Source of the DNA: Candidatus Nezhaarchaeales archaeon
GTDB lineage: Archaea > Thermoproteota > Methanomethylicia > Nezhaarchaeales > WYZ-LMO8
Direction: 5' to 3'
DNA length: 64,000 nt
Assembly: GCA_038887515.1 (NCBI GenBank)
Contig: JAWAKK010000001.1
Span: 608,001-672,000, forward strand
The notes beneath the pieces are model-generated. The model was not told the origin of the DNA and ran no database searches. It was given only the letters and a program-made list of their open reading frames with translations. The position numbers and the translations under genes are program-made. This document shows, piece by piece, positions 48,379 to 58,871 of the stretch. How positions within the stretch are numbered: position 1 is the first letter of the stretch; the number at the start of each line of letters is the position of its first letter.

Positions 48379-49381
48379 GCTTCTCAGACCTCTAGTTTAT
48401 GAAGGCTTGGTAGTATGAAGTTAGTAATTTCATAAACAATTTTATTGTTATAAATGTTCCCAGTTTAAGTATTGATAAAAAGTCTTCTATGCGCGATGAC
48501 TAAGTAAGGTGCTACTATTCCTCGCTCTCGACGGCTTTTACATTAATCGTAGCTTTCGACGACATATTTTTCTCATTTTATCCAGCTCACTTAGTCTTGA
48601 TGCCCTTGAGATTCCAAATTATGCACTAAAGACCTCAACTTTCCTTTTAACATGCCACAGACCATTAACATTATTAAGCGATGCTTTATTCGCTTTCTCA
48701 ATGTGTGAGATTTACCTCCATGCCGAGTCATCACATGATGCACATTCCGAGTTATTCTAGCAGGCTTAAATTCTCTAAATTTCCGTAGGGTGTCAGACAT
48801 AGAAGTCTTAAGTACGTGCTGTTCTAAGGAGCTGGTTAAGTTTGCTAACAACAATATTGTTTTATTTGAGCCGCCATCTAATGATGCATCAGAAAGCTTA
48901 ATACTAAAGGGTTAGGGACTTACACCGTAGATTTCGACGTCAGCCTACTTACTATCCATATGTTTAAGCTGGTGTTTGATGGTTTGATGGGATATGAAGG
49001 AGAACCATAAGGATTCACGCAATTTGATGACGAAAATGACGTTCGAATTATATTCAGCTGATGTACTCTCTCAGAGAGATGGGAAGTTTATCGTAAATGT
49101 TAGATGTGCGAATTCTAAATCCAGGGCCTACGACTTTCCAACTCCCATCCTTGTATTTAATGGTGTAGAGTACGTTGATCGCATAAACCGAGAAGCTTCG
49201 ATAGGAGACTCTACTTGTACTACTATCGTTTTTTCATTTGCAACGCCTAAGGAAAAAACTAGTATGTCGTATCACGATGGATCCTCCGCGATGAAGCGGA
49301 CCTTAAACATTAATTGTAGAACAACACTTAACCTCAACGATGCATTTCTCGTTAGTATGTAAGGTGGTGTTGGTGAAGCTA

Positions 49382-50329
49382 ATGAGCGACGTCAAGGTCT
49401 CGGTTATAGGGGCCGGCTTTTGGGGCCAGAACCACGTGAGGGTTCTCAGCAAGCTTGAAGGAGTACTCCTAGAGTCTGTCTACGACATAGATATCATTAA
49501 AGCTAAAAGTATTGCTGAAAGGTATAGGTGTAAAATCGCTGAAAGTCTAGATGATGCAATAAAGCGTAGTGATGCAGTTGTCATATCCACTCCAACTTCA
49601 TCTCACTTCCACATTGCCTTAAGGGCTCTAGAGCTGGGCAAGCATGTCTTTGTTGAAAAGCCTATAACTAGTAGGAGCTCAGAGGCGCTTAAGTTAATAG
49701 AGAGGGCTTGTAAAGAGGGCCTACTGATAATGGCAGGGCACATTGAAAGGTTTAACATGGGCTTTAGGAGGCTTCATGACTTAATTAAAAGCAATAGGCT
49801 TGGTGAAGTTGTGTCCATTAGAACTAAGAGAGTTTCAAGTGGCGCTTCAAGGATCTCTGACGTCGGGGTAGTGTTGGACTTAGCTATCCACGACCTAGAC
49901 CTAGTAATGCTTTTAACTTCTTCAAAACCATCGACGATATACTCTATAACGGGTTCAAAGCATTCGAGCAAGGAGGATTACGCATACATAATGATGGAAA
50001 TGGAAAACGGGGTTGAAGCTTATTTGGAGGCTTCATGGCTTACAAAACGTAAGATTAGGTTGATGGAAGTTACCGGTTTTGAAGGGACTGCAGAGCTCGA
50101 TTTCTTAAGTCAAGAAGTCTCCGTTAAACTCGAAAAAGAAGAATTTACGATAGCCGGCCCATGGATTGAACCCCTAAGACTCGAACTTGAAAACTTCGTT
50201 AAGTCTATTAGAGGAGAGGAAAAACCATACGTTACAGGGGTTGACGGTTATAGGGCCCTTCTATGCGCTGAACTAGCGCTAGAATCGTCGAGGGCTAGGA
50301 GGCCTGTTAAAGTTGAATTCGAAATTTAA
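49382..50329 (+). CDS. Gfo/Idh/MocA oxidoreductase (probably nucleotide-sugar dehydrogenase)
   Basis: IGAGFWG.NH, VEKP, GHIERFN, DLAIHDLD. Confidence 0.9.
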   Translation: MSDVKVSVIGAGFWGQNHVRVLSKLEGVLLESVYDIDIIKAKSIAERYRCKIAESLDDAIKRSDAVVISTPTSSHFHIALRALELGKHVFVEKPITSRSSEALKLIERACKEGLLIMAGHIERFNMGFRRLHDLIKSNRLGEVVSIRTKRVSSGASRISDVGVVLDLAIHDLDLVMLLTSSKPSTIYSITGSKHSSKEDYAYIMMEMENGVEAYLEASWLTKRKIRLMEVTGFEGTAELDFLSQEVSVKLEKEEFTIAGPWIEPLRLELENFVKSIRGEEKPYVTGVDGYRALLCAELALESSRARRPVKVEFEI

Positions 50330-50519
50330 AGTTAGCGATGACGTCGTCGAACTTACAAGCAAGCTAATTCGCCTAGTTATTGAGATAGAGGACTATTGGA
50401 GGAAGAGCTCCCCACTTCACGAACTAGAGGAGGGGGACATCAAAGAAATATTAAAGTTATTTGACGAAGCAGAGGAGCTTATTTCAAAAATTAAGGAAAG
50501 ATTGTGTTTTAAGCCATAG
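50313..50519 (+). CDS. Small helical hypothetical protein
   Basis: 68-aa charged helical ORF overlapping the upstream stop. Confidence 0.5.
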   Translation: MNSKFKVSDDVVELTSKLIRLVIEIEDYWRKSSPLHELEEGDIKEILKLFDEAEELISKIKERLCFKP

Positions 50520-52050
50520 GTCTTACTTCTATGTGCATGTCAAAGCGCTTGCTTATTCTATCTAACTTCTTTCGGCACCTTTTCATGACTAGCGGTAGGT
50601 GATGGCGAGGCACGTAGACAAACGCTACGCCTTCTTCAGGCATTTCCAGCTCAAATTCCGTCGTCACTTTACTTAAGGCGTGCTCTAGAGCTTTAGTTAT
50701 TATCGAGCTAGGGATCTTGAGGCTCTTTTTTACCGGAACCACGAACGTCCTCTCACCGAAGACGTACAATTCGTATTCTGGTTCGTCAGTCAAGAAGTCC
50801 TTGACTACCACCACAGGTCTTGCCAGGTCTTCTTCTTTAAGACCGTGCGGTATCTTAATGGTAGTCTCAATGGAGTAAACCTTCTTTACATTACCTTCAC
50901 TTATAAAGAGAACTGTATCAACTATAGATGGTATCATGCCGAGTTCGACTCTACCGACAAACCTCTGTATAGCGTCTATAGGCGATGTAGCATGAACAAC
51001 CCCTACCATGCCTACGCCTGCTAATCTTAGATCTGCGTATAGCTTAAAGTCGTCGGTATCTCTCATTTCATCGAAAATCGTGTAGTCAGGCCTACTTAGC
51101 AATAGTACATCGTGAATCTCCTGCGAAGATGCTACGCTCTTAGAGTATTGAGTAATATCTTGTGGTAGTTGTAGATCTCTTGGTGCCTCAATAGTCTTCA
51201 CAACCTTGTTCTTCCTCCTATAGTACTCGGCGAGCGCTTGAGCAAAAGTGCTCTTTCCCATCCCTGGCGCTCCAGCAATCAATATCCCTTCAGCATGAGA
51301 GTCCAATCTTTCAAGTAGCTTCGAGGGTAAGCCGTACTCTTCTAACTTCAGCTTAACTATTGGCCTAACTGCGGTAAGCTCCAATCCATCTGAAAATGGG
51401 GGTCGCGTTATTACTATCCTGTAGCTACCTAGTTGTACTATAGTTGACGATTCCCTATCAACTTCCACGAAGCCATCTGGCGAGCTCCTAGCTCGCTCCA
51501 TGATCTCTGTTATAATTGTCTGAAGCTCTTCGCGAGTCATCGGAGAAGTTCTTATCGGCTCAAACATCCACTTACCTGGCTGACCACGCTTAGCGTATGG
51601 TATCACGCCTTCCTTTAAATGAACTGACATAGTTTTGTTATCAAAAAAGTCTTCAAGCTTCATTTTACCTGACGGCTTTACGTGCAGGACGCTTATCCCC
51701 ATGGCTTCAGCAACTTTAGCCATAACTACGTCGCATGTTATTAGGGTTGCCTTTAAGTCGAGCGTTAACTCCCTTATCATCTCGTTCAGAGCTTCAGGTG
51801 AAGACTTCTTAATGCCGTTAGCCTCACCGACGAAGACCATTTTTACATCCTTATCTTCGCACGCCCTCCTAATCTTTGAAAGCTCTTCAAGACCCGAAAA
51901 GTCGTTGAACTTTGCTTTCCTTTCGAGTTCACTTATTAATGCTCTATGTATTACAAGCCTACCCCTAACGACTCCGTCATCCACTAATCTCCTAACTACT
52001 CCCGCCTCTATAGCTAATAGATCTGGTACGTAGACCTCTGGGTCCGACAT
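50509..52050 (-). CDS. PINA: PIN domain, ATPase and KH-like tail (Holliday-junction migration ATPase)
   Basis: N-terminal PIN, TMSVHLKE, RPPFSD, GAPGMGKST, RPDYTIFDEMR, GVVHA. Confidence 0.9.
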   Translation of the reverse strand: MSDPEVYVPDLLAIEAGVVRRLVDDGVVRGRLVIHRALISELERKAKFNDFSGLEELSKIRRACEDKDVKMVFVGEANGIKKSSPEALNEMIRELTLDLKATLITCDVVMAKVAEAMGISVLHVKPSGKMKLEDFFDNKTMSVHLKEGVIPYAKRGQPGKWMFEPIRTSPMTREELQTIITEIMERARSSPDGFVEVDRESSTIVQLGSYRIVITRPPFSDGLELTAVRPIVKLKLEEYGLPSKLLERLDSHAEGILIAGAPGMGKSTFAQALAEYYRRKNKVVKTIEAPRDLQLPQDITQYSKSVASSQEIHDVLLLSRPDYTIFDEMRDTDDFKLYADLRLAGVGMVGVVHATSPIDAIQRFVGRVELGMIPSIVDTVLFISEGNVKKVYSIETTIKIPHGLKEEDLARPVVVVKDFLTDEPEYELYVFGERTFVVPVKKSLKIPSSIITKALEHALSKVTTEFELEMPEEGVAFVYVPRHHLPLVMKRCRKKLDRISKRFDMHIEVRPMA

Positions 52051-52159
52051 GATCTCTAAATCGCACCTCTACATAAAGTCATTCTTAGCTTAACTATAGA
52101 GCATTTTATAAATGTTTTCAATGAATAAAGTAGAAGGCGCTTCGTGACGGTGGTTCAAA

Positions 52160-52822
52160 GTGAAATTGAAGAGTGGTCTCTATTATTATCCAGAGACCGG
52201 ATTTACATCAAACTCGTACTTAATTGAGAATGACGTAAGAATCTTGGTAGATCCCGGACACCACAACCATTTTCGTGACTTGGCCGAACTAATGAGGGAA
52301 GACGGATTTGAATTAAAGGACTTAGACTGGGTCATAGTAACTCACGCCCACGTAGATCACTGCGGTGCAGTCCATGAAATTCAAAAGCTCTTTAAAGTTA
52401 AGGTTGCAATGCACGAAGCGGAGAAAGAGTATCTTTATGAGTCTTCAGAGCGCATTCATAGATTAATAGGAGAAGTCCTCATACCGTTCGTAGTTGATTA
52501 CTGGATTAAAGGCGATAAATCAGTTGGCCTTGAAAATTTAAATTTAGATATAGTAGTCTTCCATACCCCAGGGCACACTCCTGGAAGCATCTCGATATAT
52601 TCTCCATCACAAAAATACTTAATAACTGGCGATCTGATATTTCAAGGAGGCGTTGGAAGGACGGATTTAGGCGGCAATAGCAACCTTTTGAAGAGGTCTA
52701 TAGAACAAGTTTCTCAACTGAACGTGGAAATGCTCCTTCCAGGTCATGGTCCTATAGTTGTCGGCACGAGCAACGTCTTAAAGAACTTTAAGCTAGTAAA
52801 AGAACTATTAGAACTATTCTAG
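52160..52822 (+). CDS. Metallo-beta-lactamase-fold hydrolase
   Basis: THAHVDH, TPGHTPGS, TGD, PGHG. Confidence 0.9.
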   Translation: MKLKSGLYYYPETGFTSNSYLIENDVRILVDPGHHNHFRDLAELMREDGFELKDLDWVIVTHAHVDHCGAVHEIQKLFKVKVAMHEAEKEYLYESSERIHRLIGEVLIPFVVDYWIKGDKSVGLENLNLDIVVFHTPGHTPGSISIYSPSQKYLITGDLIFQGGVGRTDLGGNSNLLKRSIEQVSQLNVEMLLPGHGPIVVGTSNVLKNFKLVKELLELF

Positions 52823-52841
52823 CAGGCAGAGAAGTGCGTAG

Positions 52842-53621
52842 CTATCGTATTAAGCCCATCCTTCTTACGATACTTCTTACAGCTACTAGAGCCGGGCTAT
52901 CGTCGGGTAGTTCTAGTAGAGATTTACCTTCAAGGTTGAAGCGGAAGATATTTTCGTCGTACGGAACTATGCCAAGAGGTTCGACGCCTATCTCTTTGGC
53001 CTGCTCGTATAGTAGGGCTTCTTGACTTGGAGTAAACTTGTTCCCAACTAGGAATATTCTCTTAAATTGTATGTGAACTTCCTTCGCTAATTTCTTTATT
53101 CTTGAGGCTGTAAGAAAGCCCATTCTACTTGGATCTGTAACCATTATCATGTAATCTACGTCCCTATCGGTCCTCCTGCTAAGGTGTTCAAGACCGGCCT
53201 CCATGTCCATAAGGGTAATAGCGTAATTCCTTGATAGCGCATCTACAACCTCAGTCAATATATCATTTACCATGCAATAGCATCCTTCACCCTCAGTTCT
53301 ACCCATGACTAGTAGGTCAAACTCTGGAAGTTCCTTCAGCACCTCAAATACCTTATACTCAAGCAGGTCCCTCTTAGATATTGTAGGTGGAAGCTCTCCT
53401 TGATCTATGGCTTTCTTAAGCTCGTTTGTCACGTCGCCTATGGTCTTCTCAACCTTTACGCCTAGGACCTCGGGAAGATTAGTGTCAGGGTTCGCATCTA
53501 CAACGAGGATTGACTTAACACCAGCCTCTATGAGAGACTTGAGCGTTAATGCCGTAATTGATGTCTTTCCTACCCCTCCCTTACCTGCAACAGCTATTAC
53601 GAGTTTTTCGCCTTTAGACAA
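52842..53621 (-). CDS. cooC: CooC/AcsF nickel-insertion ATPase
   Basis: GKGGVGKT, VDANP, GEGCYC, DMEAGLEHLSR; start trimmed to TTG 53621. Confidence 0.92.
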   Translation of the reverse strand: MSKGEKLVIAVAGKGGVGKTSITALTLKSLIEAGVKSILVVDANPDTNLPEVLGVKVEKTIGDVTNELKKAIDQGELPPTISKRDLLEYKVFEVLKELPEFDLLVMGRTEGEGCYCMVNDILTEVVDALSRNYAITLMDMEAGLEHLSRRTDRDVDYMIMVTDPSRMGFLTASRIKKLAKEVHIQFKRIFLVGNKFTPSQEALLYEQAKEIGVEPLGIVPYDENIFRFNLEGKSLLELPDDSPALVAVRSIVRRMGLIR

Positions 53622-53716
53622 GGAAACCAGCCTCAATAAGCAAATTATCAGCTCGTGATAAAAGTACTTAGCGCGCTTTATAAGGTGAATAATAAAAGTT
53701 GCAGAGGTCTTGGGGC

Positions 53717-53851
53717 TTAGGTGGAAAGCTCTTCCCTCTTTAAAACCTTCTTGACGAAGTCTGGTATCTTCGATGAATCTCTCGGCCCTACAAGAATTCT
53801 CCACCCTGCTAGAAGCTCTTCAAGTTCACCACTCAATCTAGCTGCTCTACC
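53717..53851 (-). pseudogene. cdhE: 3' remnant of a second cdhE paralog
   Basis: GRAARLSGELEELLAGWRILVGPRDSSKIPDFVKKVLK, versus intact GRAARLSGELEELLPGWKILIGPRDSSAIPEFVEKVLK. Confidence 0.9.
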
Positions 53852-54041
53852 CCCAAAGATCTTCACGTCAATGTCTCTCCTAGAGTACTAAAAGACTCAA
53901 GTGTCCATCGCATATTCGATATGTCTCTTTGAGTATGCCTAGCTAAAGAGAACGATAGGTTGATTCCTAGCCCTTTACCTAGTGTATGGCTTGTCCGCCT
54001 TCTTAATACACATAGCCATTGTCGCCGAGGCGTCTTAGCCG

Positions 54042-54329
54042 ATGATTATCTACAATCCGTACAGCAAGCCAACAGTAGTGGATCCGCTGCAAATACCTTG
54101 CGTTGGCGCTAGTGGAGCCATATATGGGCTTCTAGGAGCCTACCTAAACTACCTGCTGGAGCTGAAGAGAGGGGCGGAGGAGCTATATCGAGGAGGGAGG
54201 AGCATTGAGGAGGTAATAAATGAGCTCTTCCAGAACCCGCCACAGAAGGTTCTGCTAATGGAGATAGTCAGCGAAAAGGAATGGGCTCGCAAGAACATGG
54301 TTAAATCACTGCTCGGCCTCAAGCGTTAA
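54042..54329 (+). pseudogene. Chimeric remnant: rhomboid-protease-like fragment joined to an unrelated soluble C-terminus
   Basis: IPCVGASGAIYGLLGAYL (rhomboid GASG helix) followed by NYLLELKRGAEELY..EWARKNMVKSLL. Confidence 0.55.
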
Positions 54330-54505
54330 GTTAGCGATGCGTCTAAATCATCAATAAATTTGAAGGTGAGAGTTTAACCCTGTCTAGGCTCGGCTGAAGA
54401 GGGCTTCTCTTGCGCTTCGCTCTTCGGCTCCTCGATCTTCTTAAGCTCAGCTTCTATCTCCTTCTCTATCTCCTCTACGGGCTTTGGTGGAGGAGTTAAT
54501 GCAGC

Positions 54506-54753
54506 TTATAGAGTAAGAGGTGGAAGCTCTCCACTATCTATCACCTTCTTGAGCTCGTTCGTGACGTCGCCACCAGTTCTATGGACCTTCATGCCCAACA
54601 CTTCGAGCAAGTTAGATGCTGGATCAGCGTCGACGACGAGTATTGATCTAATCCCCATGTCTACGAGTGACCTTAGCATGGGTGCTGTGATTGTTGTCTT
54701 ACCGACAGCCCCTTACTCGGGACAGCTATTATAAGCTTCTGGCCCTTCGACAC
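54506..54753 (-). pseudogene. cooC: Frameshifted, truncated second cooC
   Basis: VSKGQKLIIAVPSKG/VGKTTIT..ILVVDADP.SNL.EVLG..GDVTNELKK.ID.GELPP then stop; frameshift within Walker A. Confidence 0.9.
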
Positions 54754-54828
54754 TTAAGACCCCGTTAAAAAGCTGTTAAGATTGGGAAAAAGATTGTTGG
54801 GGTTTGTTCAAGAAGTAGCTTAAGTCGA

Positions 54829-56244
54829 CTATATCTTCCCCTTAAGCACCTTCTCTACGAACTCAGGTATGGCTGATGAATCCCTTGGACCTATTAGAAT
54901 CTTCCACCCCGGAAGAAGTTCTTCAAGCTCACCGCTAAGTCTAGCTGCCCTACCCGGTATCACAAGCACTTTCTTCTTAAGCTTCTCATTCAGGCCGCTA
55001 GACTTTATGGCTTCAGCGAACTTTTCTGCCGTCAACCTTCTACCGGCTACTGACGACTCTACGCTCAAGCCCTCGCTATCCACCACAACCAAGTAGGCAT
55101 CTATCTTAGCGTTCTCTATGTCGCCTCTAACCAAGAAGTACGTGAGGGCAAAGTTGCCCGTCGCGAATACTGGTGAAACATCGGTGGGCTTACCTATTTC
55201 GTAGACTCCGGGCTTAACCGATGGTGGCACTCTCGGATCTGTGTAAATGTTCTGTCTCCATACCAAGACAGGCATTAAGACCCAAGGATCAAAGCTATGC
55301 ATCACTAAGAGGTCAGCGTACCTTGTCATCATTATCGATGCTATGTAAGACTCCTTCATCTTCTTCTCGACTTCTTCTCCTTCAGGCTCCATCCAAACCA
55401 CGGCTGGCACGGCCATTAGTGGAAAGCCTACCAACTTGTCTTCTCCATCTATTGCTGCCTTCCTCAGCATCGTGAACATGTTGATTGTCTCGGCTAGTGA
55501 ATCTCCCTTCACGAATGTTCCTGGATCTAGCACTATGTCCTCGATCCCTGCATCAACGAAGGTCGAAGATAGACTCTTCAGCAGGTCTAAGTTCCCTGGC
55601 GATGAGATGGTTATTGGGCACTTGTACTTGCCCGCCAAATCAAGCATCTCTCTCCAATTGTCCTTAGTTGCGGCGTATATGAGGGGTCTCTTGTCGCCAA
55701 CGACAGTTAGTGCTTCTTCTATTACGTCCGGGTTATAGGAACAAAGTATTAGGGGAAGGGATGTATTCTTTGAGATGTTGTCGGCAGCCTTAGCGAATTT
55801 TTCAGGTACGTCGGATGTACACCTCAAAGCTATCATATCGAGCTTGAGGAGTTGACCTATTCTCTCAAATTTGAGAGATTCAACAGCTTTAACTCTACTT
55901 ATAAGAGATTTTTCGTCTAATTCATCTATCACATCTATCGCTATTGCTGTTGGGTTATGCCACGTAAGCTCATGCCTATACATCACTACTTTATTTCCAA
56001 CAGTTACTTGGCTAGGCGGAACTCCTATAGCCACCGACTTCACTGGAGGCCTTACAAGGTTTAGCGCCGCTTCAAGTTTGCTCTTGTACTTCGGGTCCTC
56101 AAAGAGGGGCTTGCATGTCTTTATGTCTGCCACTCTATCAGCAACTTTAGCGGCGAATACCATACACGTAGTTTCGCCACATTGACCGCAATTCGTCTGC
56201 GGTAGGAGCTTGTACACGTCGAGAGGTCTAAGTATTTTAGGCAT
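54829..56244 (-). CDS. cdhE: ACDS gamma subunit (corrinoid Fe-S protein, large)
   Basis: LPQTNCGQCGETTCMVFA..C, MYRHE, NIYTDP, NFALTYF, GPRDSS. Confidence 0.95.
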   Translation of the reverse strand: MPKILRPLDVYKLLPQTNCGQCGETTCMVFAAKVADRVADIKTCKPLFEDPKYKSKLEAALNLVRPPVKSVAIGVPPSQVTVGNKVVMYRHELTWHNPTAIAIDVIDELDEKSLISRVKAVESLKFERIGQLLKLDMIALRCTSDVPEKFAKAADNISKNTSLPLILCSYNPDVIEEALTVVGDKRPLIYAATKDNWREMLDLAGKYKCPITISSPGNLDLLKSLSSTFVDAGIEDIVLDPGTFVKGDSLAETINMFTMLRKAAIDGEDKLVGFPLMAVPAVVWMEPEGEEVEKKMKESYIASIMMTRYADLLVMHSFDPWVLMPVLVWRQNIYTDPRVPPSVKPGVYEIGKPTDVSPVFATGNFALTYFLVRGDIENAKIDAYLVVVDSEGLSVESSVAGRRLTAEKFAEAIKSSGLNEKLKKKVLVIPGRAARLSGELEELLPGWKILIGPRDSSAIPEFVEKVLKGKI

Positions 56245-56248
56245 AGCG

Positions 56249-57448
56249 CTACACCTTCATTTTAATCCAATTGCTATAGCTTATTTCTCCTAATTTGATG
56301 TCTAGCTTTGGTTTCGACAAAATCTCTGCTAGTCCTTTAACTATCTTAGCCGCCATAGGATGCATCATCATGAAGATGTTGGCCCCAGCCATCATGCCAG
56401 CAATGGCAGTTGTTGCTTCCCAGAGAGGCCCTCTAAGCTCTCTAGGGCCCCATTCTTCAACCTTCATCCACGCTTCTCGAGCCGCCCAAGCGTTTGTTGC
56501 GGCGCACGATATAGGTACTTGAAGGGTCTCATCACCCATTAAACCTGAGAGCCTAATCCTCTCCATAACGCTAAACGAGTATTCGATTCCGTAACCCAAG
56601 GCACCCGTTGTGGGATCCAATATTAGGTGATCCTTTGGAAGGCCTGCACTTATGAGCTTCCTTGAAAGTTCCTTTGCCTGGTTTATGTCCATGAAGGCGA
56701 GCGCTATGACGTTATGCCCCGTCTTGACCATTGATTTAGCCACAGCATCTAGATCCATATCTATCGTAGCTGATGCAAAAACTAGCCTCTCTCCTGCAGT
56801 TATCTCGCCTACATATTGAAATATCTGTAGATCTTTTTGAGGATTTCCTGATCCCCCGACAATTATTGGGACGTCAACGGCTTGAAGTACCCTTTCAACG
56901 GCTTTGGCCGCCTCCTTCACGGGGGTATCTTTCAAGGTAGGATCCGTACTAACTAAGTGTAGAGACACTAGGTCGGCTCCATATACCTCTATGGCCTTTC
57001 TAGCCCATTCGGCAGGATCATCAAGGACATCTTTATAAGCATTCTTAACCGGCCCTGCAAGCGGCACTATTGGTTGATCGAATACGTCTAACGCTACCAC
57101 GGGCCTATTCTTTGGTGGACTTTCAAATCTATAGAATGGAGGACAAGTGTCTCCCCCTATTTTTATTACTTTATGCCTAGTACCGCCTTCAGCTCTCGTT
57201 GCTCCTATCTGTACTTCGCATATAGAGCCCGGATACTTCATTAATGGTGGCTCAAATTTTTCGACCTTGAACTCTATTAACTTCTTAAGTGCTGCGGCTG
57301 CTTCAGGAACTAGTTTAGTCATCGTCTGAAGTATTGTTGGCAAGAACTCTACGACTAACTCTTCGGCTTCTATTTCGACATCTTCAAGTTCCAATTCCTC
57401 TGCTTCACCGAACAATTTAAATAGATCGAAGAACTTATCTTCGCTCAC
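56249..57448 (-). CDS. cdhD: ACDS delta subunit
   Basis: DPAEWA, IIVGGSGNP.KD, DINQAK, DPTTGALGYGIEY, AWAAREAW, RGPLWE. Confidence 0.95.
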   Translation of the reverse strand: MSEDKFFDLFKLFGEAEELELEDVEIEAEELVVEFLPTILQTMTKLVPEAAAALKKLIEFKVEKFEPPLMKYPGSICEVQIGATRAEGGTRHKVIKIGGDTCPPFYRFESPPKNRPVVALDVFDQPIVPLAGPVKNAYKDVLDDPAEWARKAIEVYGADLVSLHLVSTDPTLKDTPVKEAAKAVERVLQAVDVPIIVGGSGNPQKDLQIFQYVGEITAGERLVFASATIDMDLDAVAKSMVKTGHNVIALAFMDINQAKELSRKLISAGLPKDHLILDPTTGALGYGIEYSFSVMERIRLSGLMGDETLQVPISCAATNAWAAREAWMKVEEWGPRELRGPLWEATTAIAGMMAGANIFMMMHPMAAKIVKGLAEILSKPKLDIKLGEISYSNWIKMKV

Positions 57449-58851
57449 TTCTTCTCGACCTTTTTGATTATCAGCTTCTTAATCGATATCTTAGCACCTT
57501 GAAGGATTATTCTGATGCCGCCAGCTGCTAGAGATGCTCCTACTGGGATGCCAGTCACTTCAACACCAGTCGTAGCTGAGACTACTGGTACCTCCTCCTT
57601 AGGCTTTTCTGGCGGAGCTACTGCAGCCTCCATCTCTTTTATCTTAGTTGCAAGTGGATGGCCTTTTTCCACAAGGAACTTCTTCAACTCTTCGATATTA
57701 GATGCATCTTTCTCGGTCGCTATCTTATCATAAATCTCTGAAGGTATAGCATCTTTGACCCTTTCTTTGAGTTCTGATGGCATCCATACAACCCTACTCC
57801 AGCCTCCATCAGCTTGGAAGAACTTCGGCGATCTGAAGTACTCGATGCCCATCCCCAGGAACCCCTCGGTCTGTATGCCTCCTCCAGTTTGAGCGGCCAT
57901 TGTCGAGAACGGTAGGCCGTTGACGGCATTTCCTCTAAAGCCTCTGTGGATAAAGCCTATTCCATCGACTTCAGGTATGTAGAAGGCTATGCACTCAAAG
58001 CATCCACACGATGTGTGCGGGTAACCAAACATAGAATACAGAAATACCCTCTTTACCGCACCTAGAGACCTTTTAGAGACAACCTCGTTAACTCCTTCGT
58101 ACTCACCTTTTACTGGGTCTAAGCACTTACCCTTCGGTATTGGAAAGTTAGGTCCTTTAGGATCAACGCTTGCTGCGGCCCTAGCATCGAACCACGTAAG
58201 AGCTCCGCATAGAGAGACTCTATTAGGAGCTATTACGCAGACGTGTTGCGGAGCGAAGGACTGACAAAGTACACAGCCATAGAACGTGTCTACGTCCTCG
58301 TCCCTTATTGCTCGCGCCCTAGCATCCCTCGCTTCATAAATCGCTAGAGCTTTGCTGTACCATTCCTTAACTTTCTCTAGATCAGTAATGAAAGTCACTT
58401 CCATTTTCTCTATGAATGGCATCTCAGCTTTAAATAGCCTTAAGAGGGCCTTGCCCCACCACTTTAGGCTTGTCAATCCCTTCTTGAAAGACTTCTTACT
58501 TATTCTAATCCATATATCGTATCTCTGATTTAAGTGCATGACTCCTTCAATATAGTTCGTATATAGGTGAATCCTTCTCTCTATGACTGGTTCAAGATCT
58601 TTCTCGATTTTAGTGCCAGCAACCTTAATCAATATGCCGAGCGGATAACTCTCTCCCTCTTTAAGCTCGTTGAGGTCGGGGCCTATGATCTTCACGGATT
58701 CGTCCTCGACTTCCTCCATTGGAGCTGAGAGCACTAGTTCGAACTTATAAGGAACCTTGGCTCCACCGAACTCAACGTACATGTCTTCCTTTCGTATTCT
58801 CTCTCCCTCATATATTGGGCTTACCTCGACTGGAAAGCCTTCAAAAGACAT
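57445..58851 (-). CDS. cdhC: ACDS beta subunit (acetyl-CoA synthase)
   Basis: YEGERIR, FYGCVLCQSFAP.HVC, SLCGA, PHTSCGCFE. Confidence 0.96.
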   Translation of the reverse strand: MSFEGFPVEVSPIYEGERIRKEDMYVEFGGAKVPYKFELVLSAPMEEVEDESVKIIGPDLNELKEGESYPLGILIKVAGTKIEKDLEPVIERRIHLYTNYIEGVMHLNQRYDIWIRISKKSFKKGLTSLKWWGKALLRLFKAEMPFIEKMEVTFITDLEKVKEWYSKALAIYEARDARARAIRDEDVDTFYGCVLCQSFAPQHVCVIAPNRVSLCGALTWFDARAAASVDPKGPNFPIPKGKCLDPVKGEYEGVNEVVSKRSLGAVKRVFLYSMFGYPHTSCGCFECIAFYIPEVDGIGFIHRGFRGNAVNGLPFSTMAAQTGGGIQTEGFLGMGIEYFRSPKFFQADGGWSRVVWMPSELKERVKDAIPSEIYDKIATEKDASNIEELKKFLVEKGHPLATKIKEMEAAVAPPEKPKEEVPVVSATTGVEVTGIPVGASLAAGGIRIILQGAKISIKKLIIKKVEKK

Positions 58852-58871
58852 CTACATCACACCTTTTTGAT

